A stretch of 64,000 nucleotides of DNA from Candidatus Chisholmbacteria bacterium RIFCSPHIGHO2_01_FULL_52_32 (GCA_001816585.1 MHCJ01000003.1:348228-412227); one strand, 5' to 3'. Counted from the stretch's first letter, positions 9,035 through 20,266 are shown. Made by a program: numbers and translations. Notes: generated from the letters alone by a model not told the origin.

Positions 9035-10153
9035 CTATCTTCCTTGACGTAAGAAAGCCGGTATATCGAATTCGTCCTCGTACTGATCGGCCTCTCCGTT
9101 GCCTTGCTTGTCGCCGGGTTTGTCTTCCTCTTGAGGTTGGTCTGTCATGGCCTGGGTTACTTTCGCAGTCGAGGCGAACGGTTTCAGGCGCTGTCTTGCT
9201 TCATCAAATCCTGTCGCAATTACCGAAATTTTTACCTGGTCGACCATGTCCTCGTCAATGGTGGCACCAAAAATGATGTTGGCATCTGCGTCCGCTGTTT
9301 CTGAAATGATTTTGGCTGCCTCGTTCACCTCGCTCATCGTGAGGTCAGCTCCCCCGGTGATGTTAAACAGAATGCCCTTTGCCCCATCGATCGACAGCTC
9401 AAGTAAGGGGCTGGCAATTGCCATTCGCGCGGCGGTGGTTGCCCGATTCTCCCCTACTCCCGTTCCAATACCCATGAGTGCCGAGCCGGCGTTGGTCATG
9501 ATCGTTCGGACGTCCGCGAAGTCGACGTTAATGAGTCCCGGTGTCGTGATGAGGTCCGAGATCCCTTGAACTCCGTGGCCGAGAACAGAGTCTGCCATTT
9601 GGAACGCCTCGATAAGAGACATCTTCTTATCCACCACATCGAGAATTCTCTGATTCGGAATCACGATCAATGTATCTACTTTCCCTTTGAGGTTTTCTAC
9701 ACCCTCTTCACCGACCACCATCCGTCGTGTCCCTTCAAAGGCAAACGGCTTCGTCACGACTGCAACCGTAAGAGCGCCGGACTCCTTCGCAATCTCCGCC
9801 AATATCGGAGACCCTCCGGTTCCGGTTCCACCGCCCATGCCGCAGGTTAAAAAGACCATGTCTGTATCGATGAGAAGATTCTTAATTTTCTCGCGCGATT
9901 CCTCCGCCGCTTGCTTGCCAATATCAGGATCCGACCCGGAGCCTAATCCTTTGGTAAGATTTTCGCCGATTTGTAGTTTCGTTTCCGCGTGGCAGGTTAG
10001 GAGTGCCTGAGCATCCGTATTGACGCCAACGAATTCCACCCCTTGAATCTGCTGCATCTTGATCATGGAGTTTAGGGCATTGCATCCGCCGCCGCCAATG
10101 CCGATCACCTTTATTTTTGCGAAGGTATTCAGATCCGGTTTTACAAGACCCAT
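9035..10153 (-). CDS. ftsZ: Cell division protein FtsZ
   Basis: GGGTGTG tubulin motif, INVDFADV, C-terminal FDIPAFLR. Confidence 0.99.
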   Translation of the reverse strand: MGLVKPDLNTFAKIKVIGIGGGGCNALNSMIKMQQIQGVEFVGVNTDAQALLTCHAETKLQIGENLTKGLGSGSDPDIGKQAAEESREKIKNLLIDTDMVFLTCGMGGGTGTGGSPILAEIAKESGALTVAVVTKPFAFEGTRRMVVGEEGVENLKGKVDTLIVIPNQRILDVVDKKMSLIEAFQMADSVLGHGVQGISDLITTPGLINVDFADVRTIMTNAGSALMGIGTGVGENRATTAARMAIASPLLELSIDGAKGILFNITGGADLTMSEVNEAAKIISETADADANIIFGATIDEDMVDQVKISVIATGFDEARQRLKPFASTAKVTQAMTDQPQEEDKPGDKQGNGEADQYEDEFDIPAFLRQGR

Positions 10154-10188
10154 CGTTTCCCCTTTTTGACGCTTACAAAGTGGATCAC

Positions 10189-10216
10189 ACTATACACGAT
10201 TCCGCGCGTTTTTCAA
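10189..10216 (-). promoter_or_regulatory. Sigma70-like internal promoter for ftsZ
   Basis: TTGAAA-16 nt-TATAGT; AAGGGG SD before the ATG. Confidence 0.5.
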
Positions 10217-10353
10217 GCGGTCATAATCCTTAAATCGAACAACTTTTATCTTCTTTGAAAGCTTTATGTTCCCTCATTCTGCGGATTTTTTACCCGTGGC
10301 TTGAAAGGGATAGCGCATGGTTGACGCGTTGGTGGATTGGGGAAGGACCTTCG

Positions 10354-10399
10354 TCCGCCAGCCGGCGGATCTGGGTAGACCCTTCGAGTATCCTCAGGG
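10354..10399. repeat. REP-like palindromes after ftsA
   Basis: TCCGCC-AGCC-GGCGGA hairpin (same family as the core of the 46-50 kb repeats) and CCCTGAGGATACTCGAAGGG overlapping the ftsA stop. Confidence 0.55.
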
Positions 10400-11686
10400 T
10401 AGGAAGGATTTCACAAAGTCAATCACCTTAATGACCAGTCCCTTTCCCGGGAACCGTTCGATCATCCCGCCTAAACCCGGGAGACCAAGCTTCGATTTCC
10501 CGGCCGGGAGTTTGTGCGCTGCATAGAGGATGAGACCGCTTGCCACGGCGTAGGCCGGTGATTGAATTTCCTCGACAAGTCCGGACAGACCTTTGGGAAC
10601 TCCGATCCTGGTTGGCATCGAGAGGGTTCTTTTACATGCCTCGATAACTCCAACCGTCTGTGCTCCTCCCCCTGTCAAGACTGCGCCCGCGGGTATCTGA
10701 CCGGCAGCTCCAGACTTTTTTAACTCAATTCCGATCATGGTAAAGATCTCGTTTAATCTGGGTTTTATGATCCCTTCGATAAGCGTTTTCCGGGAGGCGG
10801 TTGAGGCTTCTTCCTTGAGGTTTAATTTCGTCAGATCGATTTCATCTTCCGGTTTTCCTTTTTCCTCCTCTTGAGGCTCACGCGTCTTTTTTGCTTCCTT
10901 CGAAAGGTAGCGCTTGATTTTCTCGGCACTTTCAACACTCAGCCGCATCCCGATTGCCAAATCCTTGGTGATATTTCGATCCCCAATGGGAAGTACCGAA
11001 GAATAGTTCAGGTTTCCCTCGATGTAAACCGCGATTGAGGTTGTTCCCCCGCCAATATCGATGAGTACAACCCCCAATTCTTTCTCCGTCTCAGTGAGGG
11101 CTGACTGCGCGGCAGCCAGTCCCGAAAAAATCATACTGACGACGTCAATTCCAATTTCACTCACACATTTCGAAAGATTGCGCATCACTGTCTGGGATCC
11201 CGTGATAAGATGCGCTTCTGCTTCCAAGCGCACACCGCTCATTCCGACCGGGTCTTTAATCCCTTCCTGAGAATCGACGATGAAACTTTTGGGGATGACG
11301 TGGATGATCTCGCGGTCGGAGGGAAGGGCGACCGCACGGGCGGCTTCGATCACCCGGTCGACGTCTTCTTCAGTAATTTCCCCTTCCGGCTCGGCAACCG
11401 CAACGACCCCTTTTGAATTCTGCGATGCGATATGGGCTCCACCGATTGAAAGAACGGCAGAGGTTACCGAATACCCTGCCATCCGTTCGGCAGCCTCGAC
11501 ACTCTCCGTTATTGAGGACGTTGCCTCCTCAATATCCACAATTTGGCCTTTTTTCACTCCCTTTGACGGGATTGCCGCCACTCCCATGACGTTAATTTTG
11601 TTGAACTCGGAACTTTCAGAAGCGATAATCGTTGTCACTTTTTCCGTACCGACGTCAATTGAGGCAATCATTTTGCTCTTTTGCAT
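10394..11686 (-). CDS. ftsA: Cell division protein FtsA
   Basis: SIDVGTEKV, SKGVKKGQIVD, IDIGGGTT, VLTGGGA. Confidence 0.97.
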   Translation of the reverse strand: MQKSKMIASIDVGTEKVTTIIASESSEFNKINVMGVAAIPSKGVKKGQIVDIEEATSSITESVEAAERMAGYSVTSAVLSIGGAHIASQNSKGVVAVAEPEGEITEEDVDRVIEAARAVALPSDREIIHVIPKSFIVDSQEGIKDPVGMSGVRLEAEAHLITGSQTVMRNLSKCVSEIGIDVVSMIFSGLAAAQSALTETEKELGVVLIDIGGGTTSIAVYIEGNLNYSSVLPIGDRNITKDLAIGMRLSVESAEKIKRYLSKEAKKTREPQEEEKGKPEDEIDLTKLNLKEEASTASRKTLIEGIIKPRLNEIFTMIGIELKKSGAAGQIPAGAVLTGGGAQTVGVIEACKRTLSMPTRIGVPKGLSGLVEEIQSPAYAVASGLILYAAHKLPAGKSKLGLPGLGGMIERFPGKGLVIKVIDFVKSFLP

Positions 11687-11731
11687 TCCTCGCCTGGCTC
11701 CTTTTTTGAGGAAATTATTATCCCTTTTTTC

Positions 11732-12496
11732 TCAATAACTCATTACCGGTTTTGTGTACCGGATGTCGATCTTTGTTGGTCTGTGACCTATTGTAGCCTG
11801 TGAGAGAATTCGTTGTAAAGTGGTAACCATTTTATTATAATCTCCCTCCTGGGGAAAGAGAACCGGAATTCCGTCCGTCAGCCAGACTTCAAATGCCTCT
11901 TCCTGAACTTCGATTCTTTGAAAACCGATGAAGTTGGTTTCTAAAACTACGGCAAGCTTTACCGATTGATTGAGTTTCGGATCATCAATCTCCTTTCCCA
12001 TTTCGATCTCTTCCTTCTCCGGGACGATGATTTCGGGAAGCGAATTGTCTGTCTCTGTCGCGGTGGTGAAAACAAACCCTTCTTGGTCTGCAACGTACGC
12101 ATATCCCGAGGAGAGTTTCCGTAGCCTCACCACTTTCTCCCGAACATCTATAAAGACTGTCAGGGTGGTGGGCAGTTTGGGAACAACCCGGACCTGCAGA
12201 ATGGACGGGTCCGCCTTTTTGAGTTTTTCTGAAACAAATTGCCAGCGCCCTGTGAGGATTGATTGTCCTTTGAGTCGATCGAGTTCCGCCAGAATCGGCG
12301 GGTCGCAGGCGGAACTTCCTTTTTGACAACGCACTTCGTTGACTCTCAAGACTCTCCCGAAGAAAAGCCATCCAAGGAAGGTTATCGTTATTCCTCCGAT
12401 AACCATCCAGCCGATATGTCTTGCGGTCAGAAGCAAGTATCGGCGGGGCGGCGGTGAAAATCCCGGAGCTTTACGATTTGGCGTTCTTCTTCTCAT
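11732..12496 (-). CDS. ftsQ: FtsQ/DivIB-like protein
   Basis: Single TM, POTRA-like region (LPTTL.V), C-terminal IDIRY; sits between murG and ftsA. Confidence 0.75.
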   Translation of the reverse strand: MRRRTPNRKAPGFSPPPRRYLLLTARHIGWMVIGGITITFLGWLFFGRVLRVNEVRCQKGSSACDPPILAELDRLKGQSILTGRWQFVSEKLKKADPSILQVRVVPKLPTTLTVFIDVREKVVRLRKLSSGYAYVADQEGFVFTTATETDNSLPEIIVPEKEEIEMGKEIDDPKLNQSVKLAVVLETNFIGFQRIEVQEEAFEVWLTDGIPVLFPQEGDYNKMVTTLQRILSQATIGHRPTKIDIRYTKPVMSY

Positions 12497-13637
12497 AGAC
12501 CGTTTCCAATATCTCTTCTATGCGCTTGGCCGCATCGGTACGCACTATTCTCCTGGCATCTGGCGCGTGTTTCCGATACACTTCGCTTTGTTCCAACATT
12601 TGGGCGACTTTTGCCAATAGGCGCCCCGGGGTCAAGTCTTTCTCCTCAATGATTTCAGCCGTCCCTGCGCTGGTTAAGAGTTTGGCATTCTCTAGTTGTT
12701 CGTTTCCTCCGGCTATCCGTAATGGAACAAAAAGGGTTGTGTTTCCTGTATAGGCAAGCTCTGTCACAATGTTTGCTCCCGCACGAGAGATAACCAAGTC
12801 TGCATGCATAAGGATCCACGCGATTTCTTCGGCCTCCAACCACTCCCGCACGAGATAGCGATGTTTACGCTCACCGGGCAGTTCGTTTCGGGCGAGATCA
12901 AGGCTTTGGTAATCGTCCTCCCCTGTTCGAAAGCCGCACTGGTGGATAATCCGGTAGTTTTCCGTAAACGCTTTAAGCCCGCTTCTTATCACTCCATTCA
13001 ATTTTTTTGAACCTAAGTTTCCTCCCGTAACATACAACAGGGGAGCTCCTTTGAGTTTCATCGGTACGGGTTTCTTTGTGCCCTTCAAAATCGCTTCCCG
13101 TATGGGATTGCCCGTGAGAACGACTTTCTTTCGGAAATGCTGCCTCGTGTCCTCCCATGAGATCGCAATTTCTTCTGCCAAGAGCTCAACCAATGTGTTC
13201 GCGAGTCCCTTTCCCATGGTTTGTTCATGGGTGACGATCGGTATTCCCAAAATCCAGCCAGCCAGCGCGGCAGGAACCGATACATATCCGCCGAAGGAAA
13301 GGATGACGTCGGGCTTAAGAAGCAGGATATGGAAAAATGCATGAAAGAATCCAAGCGGAATACGCACCAGCGGAGACAGCGATTTCAGGCTGGCGAGGCG
13401 CGGAATTTTTCCTGCAGGAATAGCAATAGTCGGAACACCCAATTTTGGTATTTCGCGCAGTTCGCTTGCCGGCGACCGGGATTCTTCATGACCGTATTGT
13501 CGTGCCATAAAGGTAATGTCCCAGCGGGCGGATTTTCGAAGTCGTTCGATCACCGCTATTGCGGGCGTCAAATGTCCTCCCGTTATCAGGAGTTTTATTC
13601 GATCTTTTTCCTTGTCACTTCGCATATTTTGAGACAT
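12471..13637 (-). CDS. murG: Lipid II GlcNAc transferase MurG
   Basis: TGGHLTPA, FGGYVSVP, THEQ, TGNPIR, TGGNLGS, ISRAGA, NEQLENA. Confidence 0.96.
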   Translation of the reverse strand: MSQNMRSDKEKDRIKLLITGGHLTPAIAVIERLRKSARWDITFMARQYGHEESRSPASELREIPKLGVPTIAIPAGKIPRLASLKSLSPLVRIPLGFFHAFFHILLLKPDVILSFGGYVSVPAALAGWILGIPIVTHEQTMGKGLANTLVELLAEEIAISWEDTRQHFRKKVVLTGNPIREAILKGTKKPVPMKLKGAPLLYVTGGNLGSKKLNGVIRSGLKAFTENYRIIHQCGFRTGEDDYQSLDLARNELPGERKHRYLVREWLEAEEIAWILMHADLVISRAGANIVTELAYTGNTTLFVPLRIAGGNEQLENAKLLTSAGTAEIIEEKDLTPGRLLAKVAQMLEQSEVYRKHAPDARRIVRTDAAKRIEEILETVYEKKNAKS

Positions 13638-14712
13638 TCAGGACTATGCCTATTCCCGCAAGGGTTACAATGGTTGCCGATCCTCCATACGATATTAATG
13701 GAAGCGGGATCCCGGTTAACGGGACCAATGCAACCATGGTTGCTAAATTCAAAGCCGCCTGAATACCGATCCAAGCAGCAATCCCCCCACAGAGCAGCTT
13801 GCCGAATTGATCTTTCGATTGCCGGGCAATTTTCATGGCTCGCATGATCATGAAGAGAAAGAGAACGATCAATCCGAGCGATCCGATAAACCCCACCTCT
13901 TCCGCAATGATGGCAAAGATCGAATCAGTCGTTGCCGCGGGAATATATTGGAACTTTTGTCTTGATTGTCCAATCCCGACCCCGAACAAACCTCCGGATC
14001 CAAGCGCAATTAAGACTTGGCGGATATGGTAGGAGGCACCGAGGGGATCATCTTTGGGATTGAAGAATGTAGCGACACGAGCTCTTCGGTAGGGCGAAAT
14101 CGCGATGACCCCCATTCCGACGATTGTCCCAACGATCCCAAGTGTCAGAAATGTCTTTAGCGGAGCACCAGAAAAAAAGTAGAGCGCGGCTCCGATTGCG
14201 ACGATAACGATTCCGGTTCCCAAGTCCGGCTCTAGAACAATGAGCCCGGCTGCTACCCCAACGGCAACCAGAAATTGGAGGAGGGAGCGTTTCTTTTCGA
14301 GAAGTAAAGAAAGATATAAGATGAGGGTGAGCTTCGCCAATTCCGCGGGCTGAATCGTCAGACTCCCGAAACCGATCCAGCGCCTGGCTCCTTGGATTTT
14401 CATCCCTATTGAGGGAACCAGAACGAGTCCCAACATCACCACGGTCGCGACAAACGCTCCTATGCTTACTTTCTTCCACAACCAATACGGAATTTGGGAC
14501 GTCAAACCTAACACCACCAACCCAATTCCTGCCCAAACCAGTTGCTGTTTTGCGAAGAAAAACTTGTTACCAAACTGCTGATATGCTTCGACTACAGAAG
14601 CATCATAAACCATCAATACTCCAAAAAGGGTAAGCAGAACCGCGCAGAAAAAAAGCGTGTAATCCATTCTTCCGCGCCTCTCCTCTTTTTTACGGTGGGG
14701 TGGGTGTTTCAC
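13615..14712 (-). CDS. ftsW: SEDS glycosyltransferase FtsW
   Basis: GVLMVYDAS, GARRWI, IQPAELAK, EPDLGT, G.GIGQSRQK, P.TGIPLPLISYGGS. Confidence 0.95.
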   Translation of the reverse strand: MKHPPHRKKEERRGRMDYTLFFCAVLLTLFGVLMVYDASVVEAYQQFGNKFFFAKQQLVWAGIGLVVLGLTSQIPYWLWKKVSIGAFVATVVMLGLVLVPSIGMKIQGARRWIGFGSLTIQPAELAKLTLILYLSLLLEKKRSLLQFLVAVGVAAGLIVLEPDLGTGIVIVAIGAALYFFSGAPLKTFLTLGIVGTIVGMGVIAISPYRRARVATFFNPKDDPLGASYHIRQVLIALGSGGLFGVGIGQSRQKFQYIPAATTDSIFAIIAEEVGFIGSLGLIVLFLFMIMRAMKIARQSKDQFGKLLCGGIAAWIGIQAALNLATMVALVPLTGIPLPLISYGGSATIVTLAGIGIVLNVSKYAK

Positions 14713-16055
14713 TTTTCCCGTTCTTTCCTTTTTGTCAATCCTTTCACCAAGCTGTTAAATCTTTCCCCCCGTTCGAACTCGTTTGAGAACTCGGCAAACG
14801 AGGTAAACGCCGGGCTTAACAGGACCACATCACCCGGTGAAGCCAGTTTGATTGCCGTCCTGACGGCTTGGTCAAAGGCACTTGGGTAATACACCTTCAG
14901 ATCTTTCCATGGTTTCAGGGCTTTGACCAAGAGCCTGCTTCCCGTACCTTTGAGGATGACTACCGCCTTTACGTGTTTTTCAATTTCCCCGGGGAGCTCT
15001 TCAAGGGGAAGGTTTTTTGAATTTCCCCCTACCAAAAGGATGGTCGGCTGGTTGATTGCTTGAAGGGCTTTGATCGTTGCGATCGGGGTAGTCGCGGTCG
15101 TGTCGTTTACGAATTCGATCCCTCGGTACCTTCCCACTGTTTCGAGTCTGTGCTCAACTGCCGAAAAGCCGGCAAATACCCTTGCCTCGATATCTTTCGG
15201 CACCCCGAACAGATCAGCAACCTTCAGGGCCGCGGCGGCGTTTTCGAAATTGTGCGCTCCTCTGAGCGGAAGTTTCCATGATGACGGAAAATCTTCCTTG
15301 CTAAACCAACGAACGACGGATCTTACACGCTCTGCCATTTTCTTCGTGTACGGATTTTCCCGATTCAGAATGACCGTTTCGCGTTTGTTCTGAAACAGAA
15401 AGATCGTTTCCTTGTCGGCGGCGTATTCCTCCATGCTCTTGTAGGTATTCAAATGGTCGGCGTAGAGATTTGTCACCACCGCGATGTTCGGACTCCTCCG
15501 CTCGTCCCTGAAACCCTGGAGTTCCCATGAAGAAAGCTCCATCACTGCAAGGCTTTGAGACGAATGTGTGAGCAGCCTGCAATTGGCCTTCCTTGTCGCG
15601 TTCCCCGCAAGGAAAACGGTTCTGTTCCCTGTCGAAAGCAGGGCGCGAATCAGCAACGTCGTCGTGGTTTTTCCCCGGGTCCCGGTGATCCCTACCGAGG
15701 TCCCTTCGAAGTATCGCATAAAGAGAGCCGTGTCCATCAAAACGGGGATACCTACCTGTCGGGCACGTTCGAGCAAATGGTGGTTCCAGGGCACGCCGGG
15801 GTTGCGGATGATGACATCGGTGTTTACAATATCCTCGGCTCTGTGTCGGCCGAGAATGTAGGAAATCGGTAGGCCTCGTAACCTTTTGAGCGAAGGACCG
15901 AGCTTCGGCGCGGTCTTTATGTCTGTTGCGGTTACTTTCGCACCAATTTCCACGAACAGTTTGGCCACGTCCGCTCCTCTGCCTAAGACTCCCAGTCCGA
16001 AAATGAGTACCTTCTTTCCCGCAAAATCTCTTTTCAGTTTCCCAAATGGCGTCAT
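14709..16055 (-). CDS. murD: UDP-MurNAc-L-Ala:D-Glu ligase
   Basis: GITGTRGKTTT, MELSSWEL, DHL, EHRLE, NDTTAT, LLSPAFTSF..F..EFERG. Confidence 0.95.
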   Translation of the reverse strand: MTPFGKLKRDFAGKKVLIFGLGVLGRGADVAKLFVEIGAKVTATDIKTAPKLGPSLKRLRGLPISYILGRHRAEDIVNTDVIIRNPGVPWNHHLLERARQVGIPVLMDTALFMRYFEGTSVGITGTRGKTTTTLLIRALLSTGNRTVFLAGNATRKANCRLLTHSSQSLAVMELSSWELQGFRDERRSPNIAVVTNLYADHLNTYKSMEEYAADKETIFLFQNKRETVILNRENPYTKKMAERVRSVVRWFSKEDFPSSWKLPLRGAHNFENAAAALKVADLFGVPKDIEARVFAGFSAVEHRLETVGRYRGIEFVNDTTATTPIATIKALQAINQPTILLVGGNSKNLPLEELPGEIEKHVKAVVILKGTGSRLLVKALKPWKDLKVYYPSAFDQAVRTAIKLASPGDVVLLSPAFTSFAEFSNEFERGERFNSLVKGLTKRKEREK

Positions 16056-16840
16056 AGGTTGACCAGGTTCACCTCCGAAGGCAATTGTCCCAGCAGGGTC
16101 TGTGCGACTGTTAAAAACTGCTGTCTGCCTTTGGTGGTATAAAACTCGTGTTTTCCGGACTGTTTGCTTCCTTCCTGTTTCGGCCGGCGGATCTCCCGGA
16201 CTCTGCGGGCTACCGCCATGGACGGCTCGATTATTCGGATCTTTCCTCGAGTGACCTGCCTGATTTTGGACAAAAGAAAGGGGTAGTGCGTGCAGCCAAG
16301 GACCAGATGATCGCTTTTTCCGATGTTTTTCTTGTTGAGAATCATCCTGAGACGGATCAAGGTACTCGGGGAATTGATTTGCCCTGTCTCAACGGCCTCA
16401 ACTAGATATGGGGAAGAAAGAAGATGAACGGTTATGCCTTGCGCATGGGTGTTGATGAGCATTCGCTGTCTCTGACTTAAGGCAGTCTTTGTCGTTACCA
16501 GAACGGTTATTTCTTTCGTCTTACTGGCAAGGGCGGCAGGTTTCACCGCCGGTTCAACCCCTACAAAAGGTATTTGATAGCGATTCCGAAGATGGGGTAG
16601 GGCACTGACACTGAGGCTGTTACACGCCAGCACTATCAACGAGCAGCCTTTTTGAATAAGGAATTGTACTATCCTATCTGCCCGTTTCCTCAGTTGTGCG
16701 TTTGATTTTTCCCCATAGGGAAAGTAGCGCTTGTCAGCCACGTAGATCGTGTTTTCCCAAGGTAACAGACGAACAATTTCACGCCAAATGGAGAGACCGC
16801 CAACCCCCGAGTCGACGATCCCGATCGCGCCGGTTCCCAT
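16052..16840 (-). CDS. murI: Glutamate racemase
   Basis: DSGVGGLS, FPYGEK, LACNS, LGCTHYP. Confidence 0.97.
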   Translation of the reverse strand: MGTGAIGIVDSGVGGLSIWREIVRLLPWENTIYVADKRYFPYGEKSNAQLRKRADRIVQFLIQKGCSLIVLACNSLSVSALPHLRNRYQIPFVGVEPAVKPAALASKTKEITVLVTTKTALSQRQRMLINTHAQGITVHLLSSPYLVEAVETGQINSPSTLIRLRMILNKKNIGKSDHLVLGCTHYPFLLSKIRQVTRGKIRIIEPSMAVARRVREIRRPKQEGSKQSGKHEFYTTKGRQQFLTVAQTLLGQLPSEVNLVNL

Positions 16841-16875
16841 CCCTTCATTATATCAGGAACGCCTGGGGTATTTCC

Positions 16876-17904
16876 CTAGATCAATGCCAGCCAAACTCCA
16901 AATACGGCAAGCATAATTCCGGCCAGCCAACCGCGCATGACGATCTTCGGCTCTTCCCAACCGATGAGCTGCAGCCAAAGATGCGCCGGAGCAGCCGGCA
17001 TGATTTTGCGCTTTGTGAGCTTCTTTGCGGACAGCTGAACCAGACTTGAGGCAATTTCCAAGACAAAGATGCCCCCGATTACCACCAATGCCAGGGTCTT
17101 CCCGAGCAGTAAGCCGACCACGGCGAAGGTCGCGCCGAAGGAGAGGGCGCCCACATCGCCCAGGAAAATGCGTGCGGGGAACACATTAAAGTATAAAAAA
17201 GCGATCAGAGAGCCCAACCATAAGGCAAGGAAGATCGATAGGGATGTATCGAGAATGGATGCGGAGAGCGTCCAAAACGCAAACAAGGCAATCATAAGTA
17301 AGCCAGTCGCCAGCCCGTCGAGACCGTCGGTGATATTGAAGGCGTTGGTGAAGGAGACGATGGTGAAGGCAGCAAACGGAATGAACCACCCACCCAACTT
17401 GAAGACCCCGACGAACGGAATATTGAGAATATCAATCTTTAGATTGACGTAGAGGAGGGACGCGACCGAAATAGCCAGCACCCACTGGATGGCAAATTTA
17501 TGACGTAAGCGTAGGCCAAAAAAGCGTTTTCCTTTCTCGAAGAACTTCATGAAATCGTCGTACAGACCCAACAATCCGAAGGCGATAAAGGTGAAAAAGA
17601 TAATGTTTAATTCGTCGCGTAACGGATAGACTTGGGTAATCGGGACACCAAAATAATGGATCATGGGAAAAAGCAGAGAAAACAGCATTGACACCACCAT
17701 GATTATCAGAAGGCCTCCGCCAACGGGCGTGCCTGCTTTTTTGGCATGAAAACGGTTAAAGATGGGTGTTAATCTTCCGAATGCATCTCTCGTTATCTGC
17801 TCCTGTCTTTGAAAACGCAACCGGTACAGAAGGTTGATGAATGGCACAATGAGGATTCCGGTTGCAACAAACGAGAAAATGAGAAGGCCAAGGAGAAGAA
17901 GCAT
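16876..17904 (-). CDS. mraY: Phospho-MurNAc-pentapeptide transferase
   Basis: KKAGTPVGGG, GLYDD, NAFNITDGLDGL, PARIFLGDVG, AP.H; ATG 17904 preferred. Confidence 0.95.
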   Translation of the reverse strand: MLLLLGLLIFSFVATGILIVPFINLLYRLRFQRQEQITRDAFGRLTPIFNRFHAKKAGTPVGGGLLIIMVVSMLFSLLFPMIHYFGVPITQVYPLRDELNIIFFTFIAFGLLGLYDDFMKFFEKGKRFFGLRLRHKFAIQWVLAISVASLLYVNLKIDILNIPFVGVFKLGGWFIPFAAFTIVSFTNAFNITDGLDGLATGLLMIALFAFWTLSASILDTSLSIFLALWLGSLIAFLYFNVFPARIFLGDVGALSFGATFAVVGLLLGKTLALVVIGGIFVLEIASSLVQLSAKKLTKRKIMPAAPAHLWLQLIGWEEPKIVMRGWLAGIMLAVFGVWLALI

Positions 17905-17993
17905 ATTGTTCAATGACAAATTACCAATGACAAAATAAAAATGTAAAGTTTTTTCATAATAGGCTAAAAGGATTTCTTTGCTCGTATCTGGAA

Positions 17994-18356
17994 TTAATTT
18001 TTCAGTAAACTCAGGATTTTCGGGCCGAATACGAGGATGCCGATTGCGGCGGCTGCCAATGCGACAACGAGAACCATCCCGGCAGAAACGTCCTTGGCTA
18101 CCTTTGCCTGACTGTGGTACTCCGTTGTTATGAGATCAGTCATCGACTCAATTGCGGTATTGATCATCTCCGCCGAAAACACCGCAGCAATGGCAAGGGC
18201 AATGGCAACCCACTCGATGGAGGAGAGATGAAACGAAAGTCCTCCCAAGATAACGAACAGCGTGATGCCACCGTGGATGCGCATATTCGGTTGCGTCCCG
18301 AGGACGTAGCGAATCCCGGAAAACGCCATTTTGAACGAGATGGCATGTTTATCCAT
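17994..18356 (-). CDS. dgkA: DgkA family kinase (likely undecaprenol kinase)
   Basis: F..AFSGI, N.RIH, EMINTAIE..D, AKVAKDVSAG. Confidence 0.9.
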   Translation of the reverse strand: MDKHAISFKMAFSGIRYVLGTQPNMRIHGGITLFVILGGLSFHLSSIEWVAIALAIAAVFSAEMINTAIESMTDLITTEYHSQAKVAKDVSAGMVLVVALAAAAIGILVFGPKILSLLKN

Positions 18357-18488
18357 GGCGCTTTTAAGTATACCACCTGTGTTTGTTCGTTTTTCGTTTT
18401 CAATTCTCAGTTAACACGAATCAGTTGCCAGTTCAGACCCTCCGACTTGCAATCATCGGTTTTTACGGGTGAAGCAGCCGCTTTTGAG

Positions 18489-20261
18489 TTATTTCACGGT
18501 CACGGATTTGGCGATATTGCGGGGTTTATCGACGTTATGTCCGAGAACTACTGCCATATAATATGCCAATACCTGTAGCGGCACGATATTCATCATCGCA
18601 CTCACGTCTCCCAAATCCGGCACCTCAATATATTCATCAAAACTCTTCTCCCGGCGCGGCGCGATTGCAATGATATGCGCCCCCCTGGCTTTGACCTCAT
18701 GAAGTGCATTGAGAACGTCTGTCTTTACCGTGTCGTTTGAAATAACAAAAATTACCGGCACACCGGGTTCCATGAGCGTAATCGCGTAATGTTTCAGATC
18801 TCCTGCCGGTATGGCGTGGGCGTGCAGGTACGAACCTTCTATCATCTTTACCATACCCTCATTGACAATTTGGAGATTTTGCCCTTTGCCGAGCAAGAAT
18901 ATATCATGCTTTGCTGCAAGCGCTTTTGCCAATCTTTTTATTTGCGCTATTTTTTCTTCACTGTGCAAAAACCGATCGATACGATCTGACAGAATTCGTA
19001 AAGCACTCTTTCCTTCATCGAGTTTTTCAGAAGCGGCTTTTGCCATGCAATATCCCCACGCAAGTTGGGAAACAAATATTTTTGTCGACATGACGCAAAT
19101 TTCCGGCCCCGCCTCCGCCATGAACTTGTAGTCAGAAAGCCGTGTCATCATGCTCCCCGGCATATTCACGAATGAGGCTATTTTTGTACCTTTTTTCTTT
19201 ACCGCCTCCATAACTTCGAGAACATCTGCGGTTTCCCCGCTTTGCGAAGGGGCAATAAGGAGGTCATTCTTCCCGATGAGACTGATGTAGTCTTGGGCTT
19301 CCGCCCCGATAAGGCTTACCGCAGGGATTTTCCCCAGTGTCCGAAGATAATATGCGATTTGTGCCGCCGCCTTCCCCGCGGTTCCCGATCCTATGCAATA
19401 CACATGAGCTGCCTTTGTGATGGCTTTGGCAAAGTTCCTATAGATACTACTGGGCTGTTCAATGATACGATTGATAACAAGCGGCTCTTCATAAATCTCC
19501 TTGATCATGAAATGCTTATGGCCCTTTTTGTCGACACTGCTATCAAGAATGGTATTTTTTTCAAGCAGGTATCGAACCTTCCGACCGGTTTTGATATCGA
19601 AGGTGCTTACTTTGTTATCGAATACCGTCACCATCTGCCCGTTATCAAGAACAATGATCTGACTTACGCGTGGCGCAAAAGACAGGGTATCGGACGAAAG
19701 ATATATTTCAGAAAAATTATCATTCACCCCGACGACGAGCGGTGATCCGTTGCGCGCTGCGATCATTTGTCCATCGCGGGACAACAGAATAATCGTATTC
19801 CGTCCTGTAAATGTTTTAAACGCTGAACGCACCGCTTCAGCCAGCGTTGGGGTCCGTTTCCGTTCTTCTTCAATTTGGCGGACGATGACTTCCGTGTCTG
19901 TTTCAGAAACAAATCTGTACCTTTTTTTTATCAATTCTTCTTTCCGGATCGCAAAATTTTCCGCGATGCCGTTATGGGCTAAAATAAATGATCGATCGGA
20001 GGCATAGTGCGGATGCGCATTCGCGGCCGTCACCGCTCCATTTGTCGCCCAGCGTGTATGTCCGATCGCAATTGAGCTTCTCGGAAGTTTTACTGACGCA
20101 CGATCGACGACGCCAACACGCTTTTCAACACGAAGAGACTCATTTTTTAGGATTCCAACCCCCCAACTATCATACCCACGATAATCCAACCGCTTTAATC
20201 CTTCAAAAACAATCGCTGCGGCATTATCCGACTTCCCAACATACGCAAAGATTCCGCACAT
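18489..20261 (-). CDS. glmS: Glutamine-fructose-6-phosphate transaminase
   Basis: MCGI start, YRGYDSWG, GHTRWAT, SQSGETAD, DKPRNIAKSVTVK end. Confidence 0.98.
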   Translation of the reverse strand: MCGIFAYVGKSDNAAAIVFEGLKRLDYRGYDSWGVGILKNESLRVEKRVGVVDRASVKLPRSSIAIGHTRWATNGAVTAANAHPHYASDRSFILAHNGIAENFAIRKEELIKKRYRFVSETDTEVIVRQIEEERKRTPTLAEAVRSAFKTFTGRNTIILLSRDGQMIAARNGSPLVVGVNDNFSEIYLSSDTLSFAPRVSQIIVLDNGQMVTVFDNKVSTFDIKTGRKVRYLLEKNTILDSSVDKKGHKHFMIKEIYEEPLVINRIIEQPSSIYRNFAKAITKAAHVYCIGSGTAGKAAAQIAYYLRTLGKIPAVSLIGAEAQDYISLIGKNDLLIAPSQSGETADVLEVMEAVKKKGTKIASFVNMPGSMMTRLSDYKFMAEAGPEICVMSTKIFVSQLAWGYCMAKAASEKLDEGKSALRILSDRIDRFLHSEEKIAQIKRLAKALAAKHDIFLLGKGQNLQIVNEGMVKMIEGSYLHAHAIPAGDLKHYAITLMEPGVPVIFVISNDTVKTDVLNALHEVKARGAHIIAIAPRREKSFDEYIEVPDLGDVSAMMNIVPLQVLAYYMAVVLGHNVDKPRNIAKSVTVK

Positions 20262-20266
20262 CGTGT

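Noticed and set aside
10381..10400. Hammerhead ribozyme (CUGAGGA...GAAG on the minus strand)
   Set aside because: No stem II, no GAAA, and no convincing stems I/III.
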